64,000 nt of DNA from Eledone cirrhosa (taxonomy: Eukaryota), in the NCBI GenBank assembly GCA_964016885.1, contig OZ024740.1:258106001-258170000 (forward strand). Direction: 5' to 3'. Below, piece after piece: positions 12,488 to 24,476 of this stretch (its first letter is position 1; every line of letters begins with the position of its first letter). The position numbers and the translations under genes were made by a program. The notes beneath the pieces are model-generated. The model was not told the origin of the DNA. It saw nothing but the letters and a program-made list of their open reading frames with translations, and ran no database searches.

Positions 12488-14112
12488 CTTCTGGTTTTAT
12501 AATTTCACAAATGTTTGCCAGTAGAGAGAGTCGGTTTCTATCATAGACACAAGACTCTCTCATTGGAATTTACACATCAACTAGGTAGATATGTCTGCAT
12601 GTTGGCATGCATGCATGTGTAGATATGGATGTTATTGTATGTGTGGATGTGTATGATTTGAGTTGTATGTGTGCATGTGTATATGCTTAGTATCTGTACA
12701 TGTGTATATGCAGTTATTAGATACAAAGTTTTTGGAATGTTTTACATATCTTTACTGTTCCATTAATGGATTGTACTTGTAATTGTAATTTCCTAACTAG
12801 TTCTGTTCTTTCTGTTCCTGTGAAGCCCAGCTTCTCAAGAGTTGTTTTGAGGCAGTTACTAACATACCCCAGTGCCCCAATAATCACAGGCATAAATCTG
12901 AAGGTATAATCAGGGTGGGGTATCTGCAGATTTCTCATCAGTTCTGCATAAATATTCTCCTTTTCGCTAATCTTTGATATTATATTGGCATCTGCTGGAC
13001 AGATAACTTCCACTACTGTGCATGCCTTCTTTTCCCTGTCCCATATCATAATATCTGGTCTGTTATGCCTGCATTTTATTGGGGTTTTACTGGAACATTC
13101 CACCAGTACTCTTTCATATTATGTATATGCATGTCTTCCACATTGCTGTAGCTTTTAATGTGTTTATTATCGGGGCTATCATTTCTACGGATTGCATTGT
13201 ACAGTGTTTTGGCCACTACATCATGCATCATAGGTAGATAGTACCGCGATGGCATCTTTGGACAGCTGCTTATTACATGGGTGACATCTTCGATGTTAAT
13301 TCTGCAGAGTCTGCAATTGTTATCACATCCAGGAGTTTTGCCTGCATACCTATCTCTTTTGTGAATCAGGTATTTCGTGTTGATTTCCTGTTCTTGGATT
13401 GCACAAGCGCATCCTTCAAGTGGGAGCCAATATAGTGATTGTTGGTCCAAGATAAACTACTTTGTTTATCTATATTACTCTCACTTTTGAGCTTCATAGC
13501 AACATATCCATGCATGATGTTTTGCTGATAAGCATGCAGTTTTTCATCCATGGATTCACTACGATACTGCTGAGCGACTTCCCTGGGTGTGAGTTTTTGA
13601 TTAGCACACAGGAAGTACCTCTCGAGGAGTTCCTCCCCAACTCTCATGATCTTATCTGTTTCGTACAGATAGACTTGCTCGAGAGACGGGGTCCTACGCT
13701 TTGAGGTTCGTAGATGTTGTCGGAGGGATATGATGGGACATTCAAATGTTATCTGGACTGATGTTAGGCCTCTGCCTCCCTGCTTACGTTTCAAGTAAAA
13801 TGGTCTATGTCACCGTTGATGGAAGTTTCCGGTGTTGTTTAGTATTTTTCGAGTTCTAACATCAATCGCTCGGATTTCGTCTATCGTCCAATTGAGTTGG
13901 TGTTAGGACAGGCACAGCAAACACATTGTGAGGTGTTTTGTTTTGCGCAGAGAGTTCCGATGACCATATCTTTCATAATCGGGTGTAGTATTCCCTGGTT
14001 ACGCGTTCCTTATTACAGATACCATTATAGGATATCCCCAGGTATCTGCAGCAGTCTTCATCAGATATTGGTGAAACAGTTAGGCCATTGATACAATTTA
14101 CATATTTTTACT
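12486..14112 (-). mobile_element. 5'-truncated R4/Dong retrotransposon (RT C-terminus, CCHC zinc knuckle, RLE endonuclease, 3' UTR)
   Basis: Motifs RYLGI...KIWSSELS, RKQGGRGLTSV, CAIQEQEINTKY, CRLCRINIEDVTHVISSCP and RPDIMIWDREKKACTVVEVICP...EKENIY, with frameshifts. 3' UTR hairpin GAGAGAGTC/GACTCTCTC at ~12524-12561. Confidence 0.92.
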
Positions 14113-14138
14113 GATATGTATGTATGTACGTATGTATG

Positions 14139-14200
<62 letters not shown>

Positions 14201-14207
<7 letters not shown>

Positions 14208-14992
14208 TAGCGAGAATCGTTTTCAGCTCAGGAATTAACGAAAATCAACGTCCGATATGTGTGGCAAGCGCTCGATGAATCATATGAATCAGAGCTACAA
14301 CATACGTTAAGGGCCAAACACACTGAGATGATGGTTAAACATATCATCCGCACAGCCAAAACAAAACGACCAAGTAATTCGGGTCAAACAATAAAAATAT
14401 GTGTTGATACTTTCCCGGACCCTGGACTGATGGTAAAATCCAGTATTGGTTTCTGTGACTCCAAATCAGGTACTGTCCGCCTACATAAAGAATGTTGGGC
14501 TTCTGGTGAGATGATGAACAAGGCAGTCGTGTTATCAACGGGTTTTGCTCCAAGATGCTATAGATAGTGTGGCTATTACTGACCCCTCGTGGGATTCAGC
14601 AACGGAGGTAACACCTCTATTAAGCGAATGATTCAGTTGTGTATTATTGCGAGAATGCAAAATATCACAAATCGAATAAAGCTCTCGACAGAATGGTTAA
14701 ATATAACAGAGCTATTCAACAGTCAATATAAGTAACTGAAAAAATCAATAAAATTAACTGCTCAATAGCTAGACTCTGGAGATTAATACAAATATAAATT
14801 AGCGAGAATCGTTTTCAGCTCAGGAATTAACGAAAATCAACGTCCGATATGTGTGGCAAGCGCTCGATGAATCATATGAATCAGAGCTACAACATACGTT
14901 AAGGACCAAACACACTGAGATGATGGTTAAACATATCATCCGCACAGCCAAAACAAAACGACCAAGTAATTCGGGTCAAACAATAAAAATAT
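14201..14992 (-). mobile_element. Non-coding 592-bp-unit element (1.33 units; 200-bp terminal direct repeat) with an HHR
   Basis: 14201-14400 is repeated almost exactly at 14793-14992. Both ends lie in TA tracts. HHR at 14414-14542. Confidence 0.8.
14414..14542 (-). ncRNA. Type I hammerhead motif, U3-A8 core, extended helices II and III
   Basis: Minus strand: CCCG-TTGATAA-..GACT...AGTC..-GAA-ACC..CTGGA...TCCAG-GGT-C-CGGG. Confidence 0.65.
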
Positions 14993-14997
14993 ATATA

Positions 14998-15022
14998 TTC
15001 GTATCGCGGTCATTGCCATCGT

Positions 15023-15066
<44 letters not shown>

Positions 15067-15094
15067 ATGACGATGGCAATGACCGCGATACGAA
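14998..15094. repeat. Fold-back inverted duplication (~30-bp arms) of the RTE tail across (TA)n
   Basis: TTCGTATCGCGGTCATTGCCATCGTCATCAT-(AT)n-ATGATGACGATGGCAATGACCGCGATACGAA. Confidence 0.92.
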
Positions 15095-16107
15095 GACACA
15101 TTAATTTAAAGATCAGTTCCACTTTGTCCTCCCAGAGTACATGCACTTTTGTGTCTGGTTTACCGATCTGCAGATGAACCCTAACCGACTGCAGAGAACT
15201 GCCTTTGTTTTGATTTGCTCTATCTGGATCACCCCTCCCGACAGGCTCTCTTCTCCAGACTTACACGGTGGCTTGCCTCGAATGCGCTGGTGGCCTGCTG
15301 GAAGGTGCGGCGTCAAGCATTTGCGGTCAGCAGCTAGGCAGGTCCGTTACTGGCGTTGATGTTACATGTTTTCATGGTCTATTTAACATGTCTTTATACC
15401 ATTTCTTGGACATATTGCTGTTTTTACTGCAAGACAATTATCCGTAGAGTTAAATCTTTGGCAGGCGAGGTTCTACCATCCTGGAGACATGCCTTACCCA
15501 GCGCAGCTGTGTCTTCATAAGAGTAGCCGCGATACTGGCGGTGTTGTTTCTTGGGGACCTCTGTGTTGGTGACATATTCTTTCGAGTGAATGTTTAGTGA
15601 GCTGGAAAAACAGTTTTTGTGGAATCTCTCCAGAAGACAAGTGTGACAACGATGAAAGATCTGCAAGAGGAAGAGGGGTGTCTACATTATATTTCTATTT
15701 CTCACTGATAGAATTATCTTCAACCTGCAACGGTTGCACGCACAGAGCAGGACCACCAAAAACTGATCCGAGAGCTCCTGTTTGCTGACGATGGCGTACT
15801 TGGTGTGCACATTCAAAGAGCCTAACTTCATGCTTTGCAAAGGCATCTGATCTCTTTGGCCTGGAGGTCAGCTTGAAGAAGACTGAAGACCTCTACCAAC
15901 TTGCTCCCCAAGATATAGATCATCCACCAGACGTTTCCATCAAAGAAGCAACTAGAATTGATAAGGAATTGGACAACAGACTAGCCAAAGCCAGCAGCAA
16001 CTTCGGAAGAATAGGCAAGGAGAACAAATAACCTCAAAACAAAGACAAAATTCAGAGTCTACAGTACCGTAGTCTTTACCTCCCTCTTATATGGCTCTGA
16101 CACATGG

Positions 16108-16110
<3 letters not shown>
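15061..16110 (-). mobile_element. RTE-clade LINE 3' fragment with 5' inversion (minus 15061-15654; inverted, plus-strand RT part 15655-16110)
   Basis: Plus segment: LIRELLFADD...FGLEVSLKKTE...IDKELDNRLAKASS...LLYGSDTWV. Minus segment resumes at HRCHTCLLERFHKNCF and runs to a (CAT)n tail. Confidence 0.88.
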
Positions 16111-16145
<35 letters not shown>

Positions 16146-16151
<6 letters not shown>

Positions 16152-16491
16152 GAAGTGTAAGTCAACAGGTTAAAATACACTTCGATTATCGTATTCGCTG
16201 TTATATATATTACTGAGAAAGCGATTATTCAACAGCTATGACCTCATCAGACAGCTAGAACTTGAAAAGAAAAAACAGAAAAATATAATATGTCCTGTCC
16301 TGTCTCAAATTATGGTGTTGTTTTCTCAAAGAACTAGTAGCAAATATATAACAGCGAATATGAATAAACGAAGTTAAGTTTAACCTGTTGACTTACAGTG
16401 CTTGTTTTAAATATCTCCGGAGTAAACAGGCCATCATGCGCACTTCGTTGTGTGCTCTACCCTGCATACTGAATTGTCAGTAACCAACCAA
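16146..16491 (+). mobile_element. Older fold-back HHR element, same family as 60172-60500
   Basis: Diverged inverted arms ~16150-16210 and ~16343-16405. Minus-strand GCTGT-CTGATGA...ACAGC. Tail CTCCGGAGTAA...TGCGCACTTCGT..GTGCTC..CCTGCATACTGA is shared with ~60411-60468. Confidence 0.7.
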
Positions 16492-16508
16492 CACACACAC
16501 ACACACAC

Positions 16509-16609
<101 letters not shown>

Positions 16610-16646
16610 CATCGAATGAATCACCTCTATTCTTGTAGAACTCATG

Positions 16647-16728
<82 letters not shown>

Positions 16729-17730
16729 TACATACATACTTACATGGTAAACACATATGTGTGCTTGGGGTACAGCTGTACCCATCTTCGATTGCAAGAG
16801 TCGATGTGACATCATGTGCTGAAGTAACTCCCTTTATGTTTCAATTCCCTGTTTGTCTAACCATCTTTGTCTCTCACATCAACATATGTCTTAAATCATG
16901 ACACCGTAATTGTTAACCTCCCACTCATGAACCCTTTGTTACTCATCCCTAACGTCATATTTATCTTCCACCTAAACACGTCGCACGATCACGCCTAATG
17001 GCGTCTCACTATGCTCGACAACCAGCTTAGTGCTAGTGCTACGTCGGAATACTCACAGTACACTCTGTAAAGCAAAAATATTGACATCCAATCGTAGAAA
17101 CCCTGCCAAAACAATGGTTACAGAAGACTACAGTTATGAACAAGTATGCAATCTGTTTATATATGAAAACAATATACACGAGCCTTGAGTATTTTGTAAA
17201 TATATCATATATGTATGTCTCTACACTTTACCACAGCTGACACGCACACACACATACATGTGTGCGTATATGCACTTACCTATATATATATATATATATA
17301 TATCAATATATATATATTATATATAGTTATACGCATAGACACACATATATGTGTGTGTGCATTAATGTATACGTATATTTGTATATATGAACATTTGAAC
17401 ACGTGATGCGTCACTCCACCCTCCTCCTGCCTCAGCCAAACTCTATAACTATCGGAGCATGAAATAATAACACCTCAACAGGATATTTGTGTAACTAAAT
17501 CATTTAATAGATTTGCAGAATGTTTATTTACAAGGATGAAAATACACAGACTGACTGTTTACAAACTGTGATGGTAGCAGCTTGTGTGCAGATAGGGTTA
17601 CTGGCCTCGTAGGTATTGTGCTATGTAACGGTAACCCCATGATTTATTTATCATGAGAATCTAGAATACTATTGACATAAGCAGTGGTGCTTTTGATCGA
17701 TAACCCGTTGGAATCGATATTACACACACG

Positions 17731-17761
<31 letters not shown>

Positions 17762-17778
17762 ATATATATCCATATATA

Positions 17779-17809
<31 letters not shown>

Positions 17810-17826
17810 CCATATATATATTTGTG

Positions 17827-17858
<32 letters not shown>

Positions 17859-18799
17859 ATTACATATATATCAACATATATATAAATATATATGTGCGTT
17901 TGTGTATGTTTATAAATTTATATAATTCAAACGCACAAAAATATACTTGCATACCCCAGCACATATAACCATACACACGTACATAGTACTGAAACATTCC
18001 AGATACATGTCAAGACTTTCATCAACTCAACGATGTATCATAGACTGAATAATATAACAACATCGAATCTGAACTTTTGGTGAATTGATAAACCTTTAAC
18101 TAATTGGCTGTTTACCCATCAATGGACACTTAACTCCGGGAGGGGGCATAGAGGTGCCCAGTCTTATACTGTGCACCTAGCGTATTTGATACTACTCTAA
18201 ACAAAGTCGAATTCTTCTCGATAGAAAGAGAAGTGACACGAGAGAAAGAGAGATATAAGAAGAACTTGTTCTGTTACTGGAGAATATTTATTGATGTCAA
18301 AAGCATGGACGGATAAAAGCGCTGAATGCCGAAACCAATAACGTGAAGTCCTCTGAAGTTCTAACGAACCAACTAAAATATCGTATGGCACTAACCAACA
18401 GTGTTTAGAAATTACCATTGTGATTATGATACTATTTTGTTATTGAATGGAATGAAGAAAGGATCGACAAGATCCCAGAATTTATTCTTTGGCCGAGTGC
18501 GATGCAGCTCCTCAAATCGGACCAAGGAAATAATGTTTTCATTTTCCTTTCCATTGCTGATAATATCTACCGTTCGCAACTCCTGGCAACAGGAGTAACG
18601 TGAAAAATGTTTTGCTGAAGAGCATATAGCACAGTCCTGTCCGGGTGACAACCTCGTGTTTGCCAATAAAATTCCCTAACCACTAAGCTACGCGCCTTCA
18701 TTTAAATGAAATTCCCTCATTGTTATCCGTAACATTATTATTGAATACTAGACCTACCGTGACCGTTGGGTCACGTTCACTTCAAAATATTTGAACAAT

Positions 18800-21700
18800 T
18801 TTACTCTAAAAAAAAAAAATAATAAATAAATAAATAAATACATGGCCGAGCCCCCCAGCAATATGTCTGCTGTCGTCTGACAACGGCGTAAAAGTTGAGA
18901 GAAGGGTTAGTGACGTCACCACAAACAACGTGAACAAGGACAACACTGGAAACACTAATTTTGAAAAAATTACCACACCAGCTACAACAATAACAGCGTC
19001 AACCAAAATACAGACAACAGAAGAAAATGACAACAAATGCAACAACGATATTAACACCATTAACAAGAAAATAAACAACGACAACACCAACAGCAACAAT
19101 ACAAATTGCACAGAAAACAACAACGGCGGCACCAAAAACACAACCAACTACAACAGTGATAATAGCAACAACACCAACAACACCGTTTGTAGCAGTAGCA
19201 ACAGCAACAGTACCAACAACAAGACCAGTAGCGGCAGCAACTGGTCTTGTTGTTGAAAAAGGGAGCACTTCTTTCGCAGGTGTGGCCCGAAATATAGAAA
19301 ACAGTGCTAGTCACGGAGGAGGAGATGGCAGTCGCAAGAGCCAGTGTATCGAGAAACGACAATAGAGTTTACCTGAAACCTCCACCCGATTTCTTCAAAG
19401 ACCAGCGCGCAAGGTGACTTACCGCACCGTAAGCAAAATGTCACATCGGGTGGAGAGAGCCACGGAGGCTCAATTCCAAAAGGTCTTGGGGTGCGTCAGG
19501 GCGCGCAAAATCCACATCACCCGAGGCAAAAAGTACGCCACAGTAGACGTACTTTTCGCCAACCCCCAACAGGCGAAGTCTCACTCTTTGGAAACCCTAA
19601 ATAGGGAGGAGATAGTCTTGGTGCCCTCCTACTGCGGACAGAAAATTATGAGGGTCAAAGTGACCCAGGTCCAGCCGGACATACCCATACCTTGGCTGGC
19701 CGTGTCTGTACTGGATGGAATCGAGGAGAAGACCACCATACTGCAAATACAGAAAATGGGAAGAGAGAACTGGTCAGGAATAGGCATGGAAATGCTAATA
19801 CAGTCTGACCAGGATTGCATCCAGGCCATCCCAGACGTTATAGACCTCGAAGAAGGGCTCCAACTCCCTATAAGCATGGAAGCAAGGCGCCCAAAGTGCT
19901 ATCTCTGTGGGTAGAAGGGTCACCTTATGGCTTTCTGCTCGCAGAAGACAGCCAAGAAGAAAGCCCCCCTTCTTCCGACGCCTGATCCGCTGCTACCACG
20001 AGCAGGGCAGGCAACAGAGGCAGAAGACCCTTCCAAGGTGAGTAGGATTGCAACGTCCGTAGCACCCATACCAAGGCCACGGACAACTAAAGCAGCGGCA
20101 GCAGTGGCGGCAACACCAACAGTCGCAGAAGCTACACCGGAAGTAAAATCGCCGGAGCGGGCGCTCCACTACCACCACCAACAGACTCCCGCATCACACT
20201 CTATGTCGGGGACCGGGAGGAAAGTGGCAAACGGTCTGCCCCAAAAAGCAAAAATGAAAAAAACCCTTAGCTTCACCCTCCAAAACCGAAGGCAAACAAA
20301 GAGGAGTAAAGGCTGCAAGGAGATATGCAACAACACCACCACCATCATCATCACCACCACAAGCATCACCACTACCAACAACCACACCACCACCAGCATC
20401 ACCTAAAACACCATAATCGCAAACACAACAAAACACACCTACCCAACAGCAACAACAAGAAAACAGCAACAAAATCAGCCCTCCCCCCAAAAAAGTACAC
20501 AGCCATAAACATGGCAAACAAATAACTCTTACGGCATATAAAGCAGCACACAGACATCTCAGAAAAAAATTACTACACCCTCCCCCTCCCCCCAACACCA
20601 AGAACTCTCCCGACAAACATATGCATCATTGAAATCTCAATAGAACATTACAAACTTTAAAAGCAAAAATTCACCAACACAGTTGGAGACTTCAGAGGGT
20701 CGGTTAACAAAAGGATATACACTGACATCCTCTTGGAAACACCCATGACCAGCCAAAGGGACGGTTCTACTGTCCATTCACCACACGATCAAGGTAAATG
20801 ATCCTTTCTCACTTACCCCGTTTCTCATTCAACATAGTCGTACTTGGAATAGGCAGTATATATGTACGTGGCCTGGGGTCATCTTGGAAGCAGGGTCACC
20901 TGCTCAACGACCTCAAGTCACTAAACATAGATGTGGTGGACTTCAGCGAGACCAGAATCTCAGAAGCACGAGCCTTCTCACCGATCTTCGGCGGCTACGA
21001 TGTATACGCATCTCCCAGCCGTCCACGATCTGAGGGAAGGGGTTGCCGTGGTTTTTCGGAGAGGATTGGATCTCACAATACGGGCCATCTTCCTGGACCC
21101 AGAAGGTAAGTCGGTGGTGCTGGACGTGACCGGCAGGGAAGGCAATGCTTTCAGGCTAGTAGCCGTCTACGCCCCAACAGATGCAGGACTGCCAGACTTC
21201 TTCAGACGTCTAGAGACCTTTTTGGGAACGTCCCGCTCTTTAGTGTTAGTGGGCGACTGGAACGGTATATTAGATGCACGCTGGGATTATGTGGGGCTAG
21301 TAGATAGGGCAGGGGGGTGTAAAAGCCTCAACTACCTTCTCAGATGTTTTGAACTGTCTGACAGTTGTAGACTGGATTATCCGAATGTGCCACCAATGTG
21401 GACAAGGGCAAACTCCATCGGGTCATCCAGATCGTATTTAGATAGGGTATTCTGTAGAGAAACAGATAAAGCTAGTGTAGGTTGTCCACAATTTAAAGTA
21501 GACGACTACACGGACCACAAATTTGTGATCTGTGAAGTTGACTTAGATAAACTCCATAGGCAAGGGCCCGGCTATTGAACGCGTCGTTCCCGGCGCGCAA
21601 AGCTTACAGAGACCGGATTAGCGAATTAGTTAAGCGTGCGTTGACGGGTGCGATCGTCAACAACAGATTGTGGTTTACCCTGAGAAGGGCTATTAGAGTA

Positions 21701-24352
21701 GAATCGATAAGGTTTAGGAAAGGAGTAGTGATAGAGGAAAATAGAGTAGAGGGAGAGTTAGTTAGAAAGCTAGAAGAGGCGTTTAGGACAGACATCACAA
21801 CCGACGTGCTTGCAGCGAGATTGACACTCGACCAATTCTTCAACGCAAAGCATGAAGGCTGCGTTGTCAGAGCTAGAGCGTCTGGTTCAATGGGCCTGGT
21901 TTATGGAGGCGCGACGGTGCAACAATTCCACAATTTGGTCTTTGCCTGATCAAAACGGGCACATGTTGCTCGAAACCGAGCAGATGTGTGCGGCTTTTCA
22001 ACAGCACTTTACTCAATTGTTCGGGATTGACGGACTGCCGCGGTTCTCGACGACCGCAGCACAGTGCTGCGAAAAGCCGATAACAGCAGGTGAAATACGG
22101 GAAGCCATGTCTGATTACACGAGTGGTAAATCGCCAGGTTTGGATGGTCTACCCTACGAACTTTATGCGTATATGCCAGACTTGTTCGGTGATCTCTTGG
22201 CATATGTCTACTCCAACTGGCAGCAGAACGGGAGCATTCCCAGTTTTGTGAGCCGAGAAGCGGTGGTGCTGGTGAGAAAAGACCCGAACAAGGGGGACAT
22301 TATAGACATATCCAGGCCCATAACTCTGCTAAACGCAGAGTTTAAGATTTTGGCCAAGGTATTAGCAAAGAGATTGGCGCTTTTCATCGGTGATCTGGTT
22401 GGAGAGGCACGGACATGCGCCATATCGGACAGATCCATTCCCGACAACCTCCAACTCATGCGATACATCATGCAGAGGGTGGTTAAGGAACCTGGTACGA
22501 GTGGGTCCCTGATCAAATTGGATCACTCTAAAACATTTGATAGGGTCGACCATCGGTACCTGGCTGCGGTCCTCGATGCGGTAGGCTTCGGGTCTGTTTT
22601 TAGGGTGCTTGGACAAGGTTGCCCCTTCTCGTCCCTCTTGTACGCACTGGCACTCGAGCCGTTACTGCACAAATTGGAGACGATGAAGGGGGTCCCACGC
22701 GAACTGGGATGCAGGAGATCCGTGTCAGCTTACGCCAACGATGTCACCGTGGTGGTGTCGAGCACCAAACACGTCCAGATGCTCGGCACCGCTCTCAAGG
22801 AATACGAAGTTGGGACAGGAGCAAAGATAATCCAGGAAAAGTCGATGGGCTTGCAACTCGGCACCGGGAGAGGCAAGTCCATGCCGTCCGACAGCGTCGT
22901 GGGGCGCTGGACGGAGGACCGGTTAAATTGCTCGGGGTCTGGTTCGGTCCGGACCTCCAGATTGAGAAAAATTGGAGCGAGGTGACGAGCAGGGTGGCCT
23001 CTCTCACCCAGAAATGGGCCGAGAGGAGGCTGTCTCTGAAAGGTCGAACGGAGATGGAGAATGCGTACATAGCGTCCGTCATTTGCTACCGCCTGACCGC
23101 CGTACCTTGCTCCCGCCCAACCCTGACCAAAATGGAGCGCCTTCTTTTCCGCTTTTTGTGGAAGGGACGTGCTCCCATGGTCAGACGTTCCATTTGCTGT
23201 CAACACCCATTGCGTGGAGGACTAGACATGCCGTGGCTAATGATGCGCAAACATTCGCTGAGGTAGTGACATCTCTGGTCCTTCCTTGATGGTGAACATG
23301 TGTTGTCGCCGTTTGCGAGACGCGCTTTTCCCTAAATCGTCTCCTTAACGGAGCTGCAGTCCTGGATCAGGAAAAGACCTAGGGATAGCGCTTGGAAGCT
23401 GGAATCTCTCCAAGCGCTCACCGCCCTCTACTGGCTGGGCCTAGTATCGGTGGAACATCCACCTCGGCGTTCTATAGAGGGCTAGTGGAAGGAAAGAGCG
23501 ACGACGTTCTCGGGGAGACCCTGGCGTCGAAGACGATCAGTGTTTGCTCTCTTCAAGAGAAATTTCAGACCGGGGCCTATGGAGAACTTCCAGAAATCCA
23601 TGGCCTGGCAGTGCTACCGGGGAGTGTTGCCGGTTCAGGGTAACCTCTACAGGCACGGAGGTGCTGTCAGCCGAGCCTGTCCAAGATGCGCGCTGAGCGA
23701 CGAAACCGCCCTGCATGCACTCGTTCAGTGCCCGAGGATTGCTGACTTGTGGAGCTATGTCGAACAGCTGCTGTCGCGTGTAGGACGGATCCGGTTATCG
23801 ACTAAGTCCATTGTGCAGATAGCCTCGCCATCCTCCTTTAAAGGGGAGGAAGGTCAGGCAGTTTTCATCTGCCTGGTGGCCATGGCGAAAGAGATTGTGT
23901 GGTGGACAACGGTTGAAGACGGACACTTTCCACTCCGGCCAATCCCTGATTCACTTTTTCAAGTTTCACTTGAAGAGGAAAATCAGGGTGGAGAGACAAG
24001 TGCTGTCTTCTAGTAAGTTTGTTGAAAGGTGGGTGAAAGTGGCGAGTCTGGTCCGAGTGAACGGGACCGCTCAGAGTATACGCCTGTAGACTGAGGAGTG
24101 GGAAATGTGAGAGAGGGCGCTTTCCCTGGTGGCCAGGGTGTCCGTGGTCTTTTGTGCGGTTTTCACCACGAGTGACCCTTGGAGGTTTCCCTCTTCTTGG
24201 GGAACTTTTGTTTGAATTTTTTGGGATTTCTAGTCCGATTTTGTTATAACCTGTTTACACGACCAAAACCTATTTTGTATCGTCCTGTACTGTTCTCTGC
24301 TATATGTAATGTGTTTCTTCGTGTCAGCCCTTGTTGCCAATAAAGAAACCAT
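18800..24352 (+). mobile_element. Near full-length, inactivated L1/Tx1-clade LINE (ORF1 with CCHC knuckle; ORF2 APE endonuclease-RT-zinc finger)
   Basis: ORF1 from ATG 18842 with RPKCYLCG*KGHLMAFC. APE motifs FSETRI, LVAVYAP, LVGDWNGIL, SYLDRV, YTDHKFV. RT motifs KSPGLDGLPYELY, RPITLLNAEFKILAKVLA, QGCPFS, AYANDV. C-terminal CPRC...ETALHALVQCP. AATAAA at 24339. Many stops and frameshifts. Confidence 0.93.
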
Positions 24353-24368
24353 TATATATATATATTAT

Positions 24369-24450
24369 TGGGGTCGATAAAATAAAGTACCAGTAATACA
24401 CTGGAATAATTGCTGGCCTTGTGCCAAATGTAGAATCAATTATTATTATT
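24369..24450 (+). mobile_element. SINE 3' fragment
   Basis: GGGGTCGATAAAATAAAGTACCAG...GGCCTTGTGCC followed by an (ATT)n tail. Confidence 0.85.
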
Positions 24451-24476
24451 ATTATTACTATATATATATATATAAT

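Noticed and set aside
14259-15177. Two ORFs with identical N-termini (MWQALDESYESELQH...)
   Set aside because: They arise from the 200-bp direct repeat, start at GTG and have no recognisable domain.
18806-19365. Cys-rich, Val/Leu-rich and Asn/Thr-rich overlapping ORFs suggesting a metallothionein or membrane protein
   Set aside because: Alternative frames of the low-complexity (AAC/AGC) 5' part of the Tx1 ORF1.
20325-20525. Poly-His ORF
   Set aside because: A (CAC/CAT)n tract within the LINE ORF1 region, read in an alternative frame.
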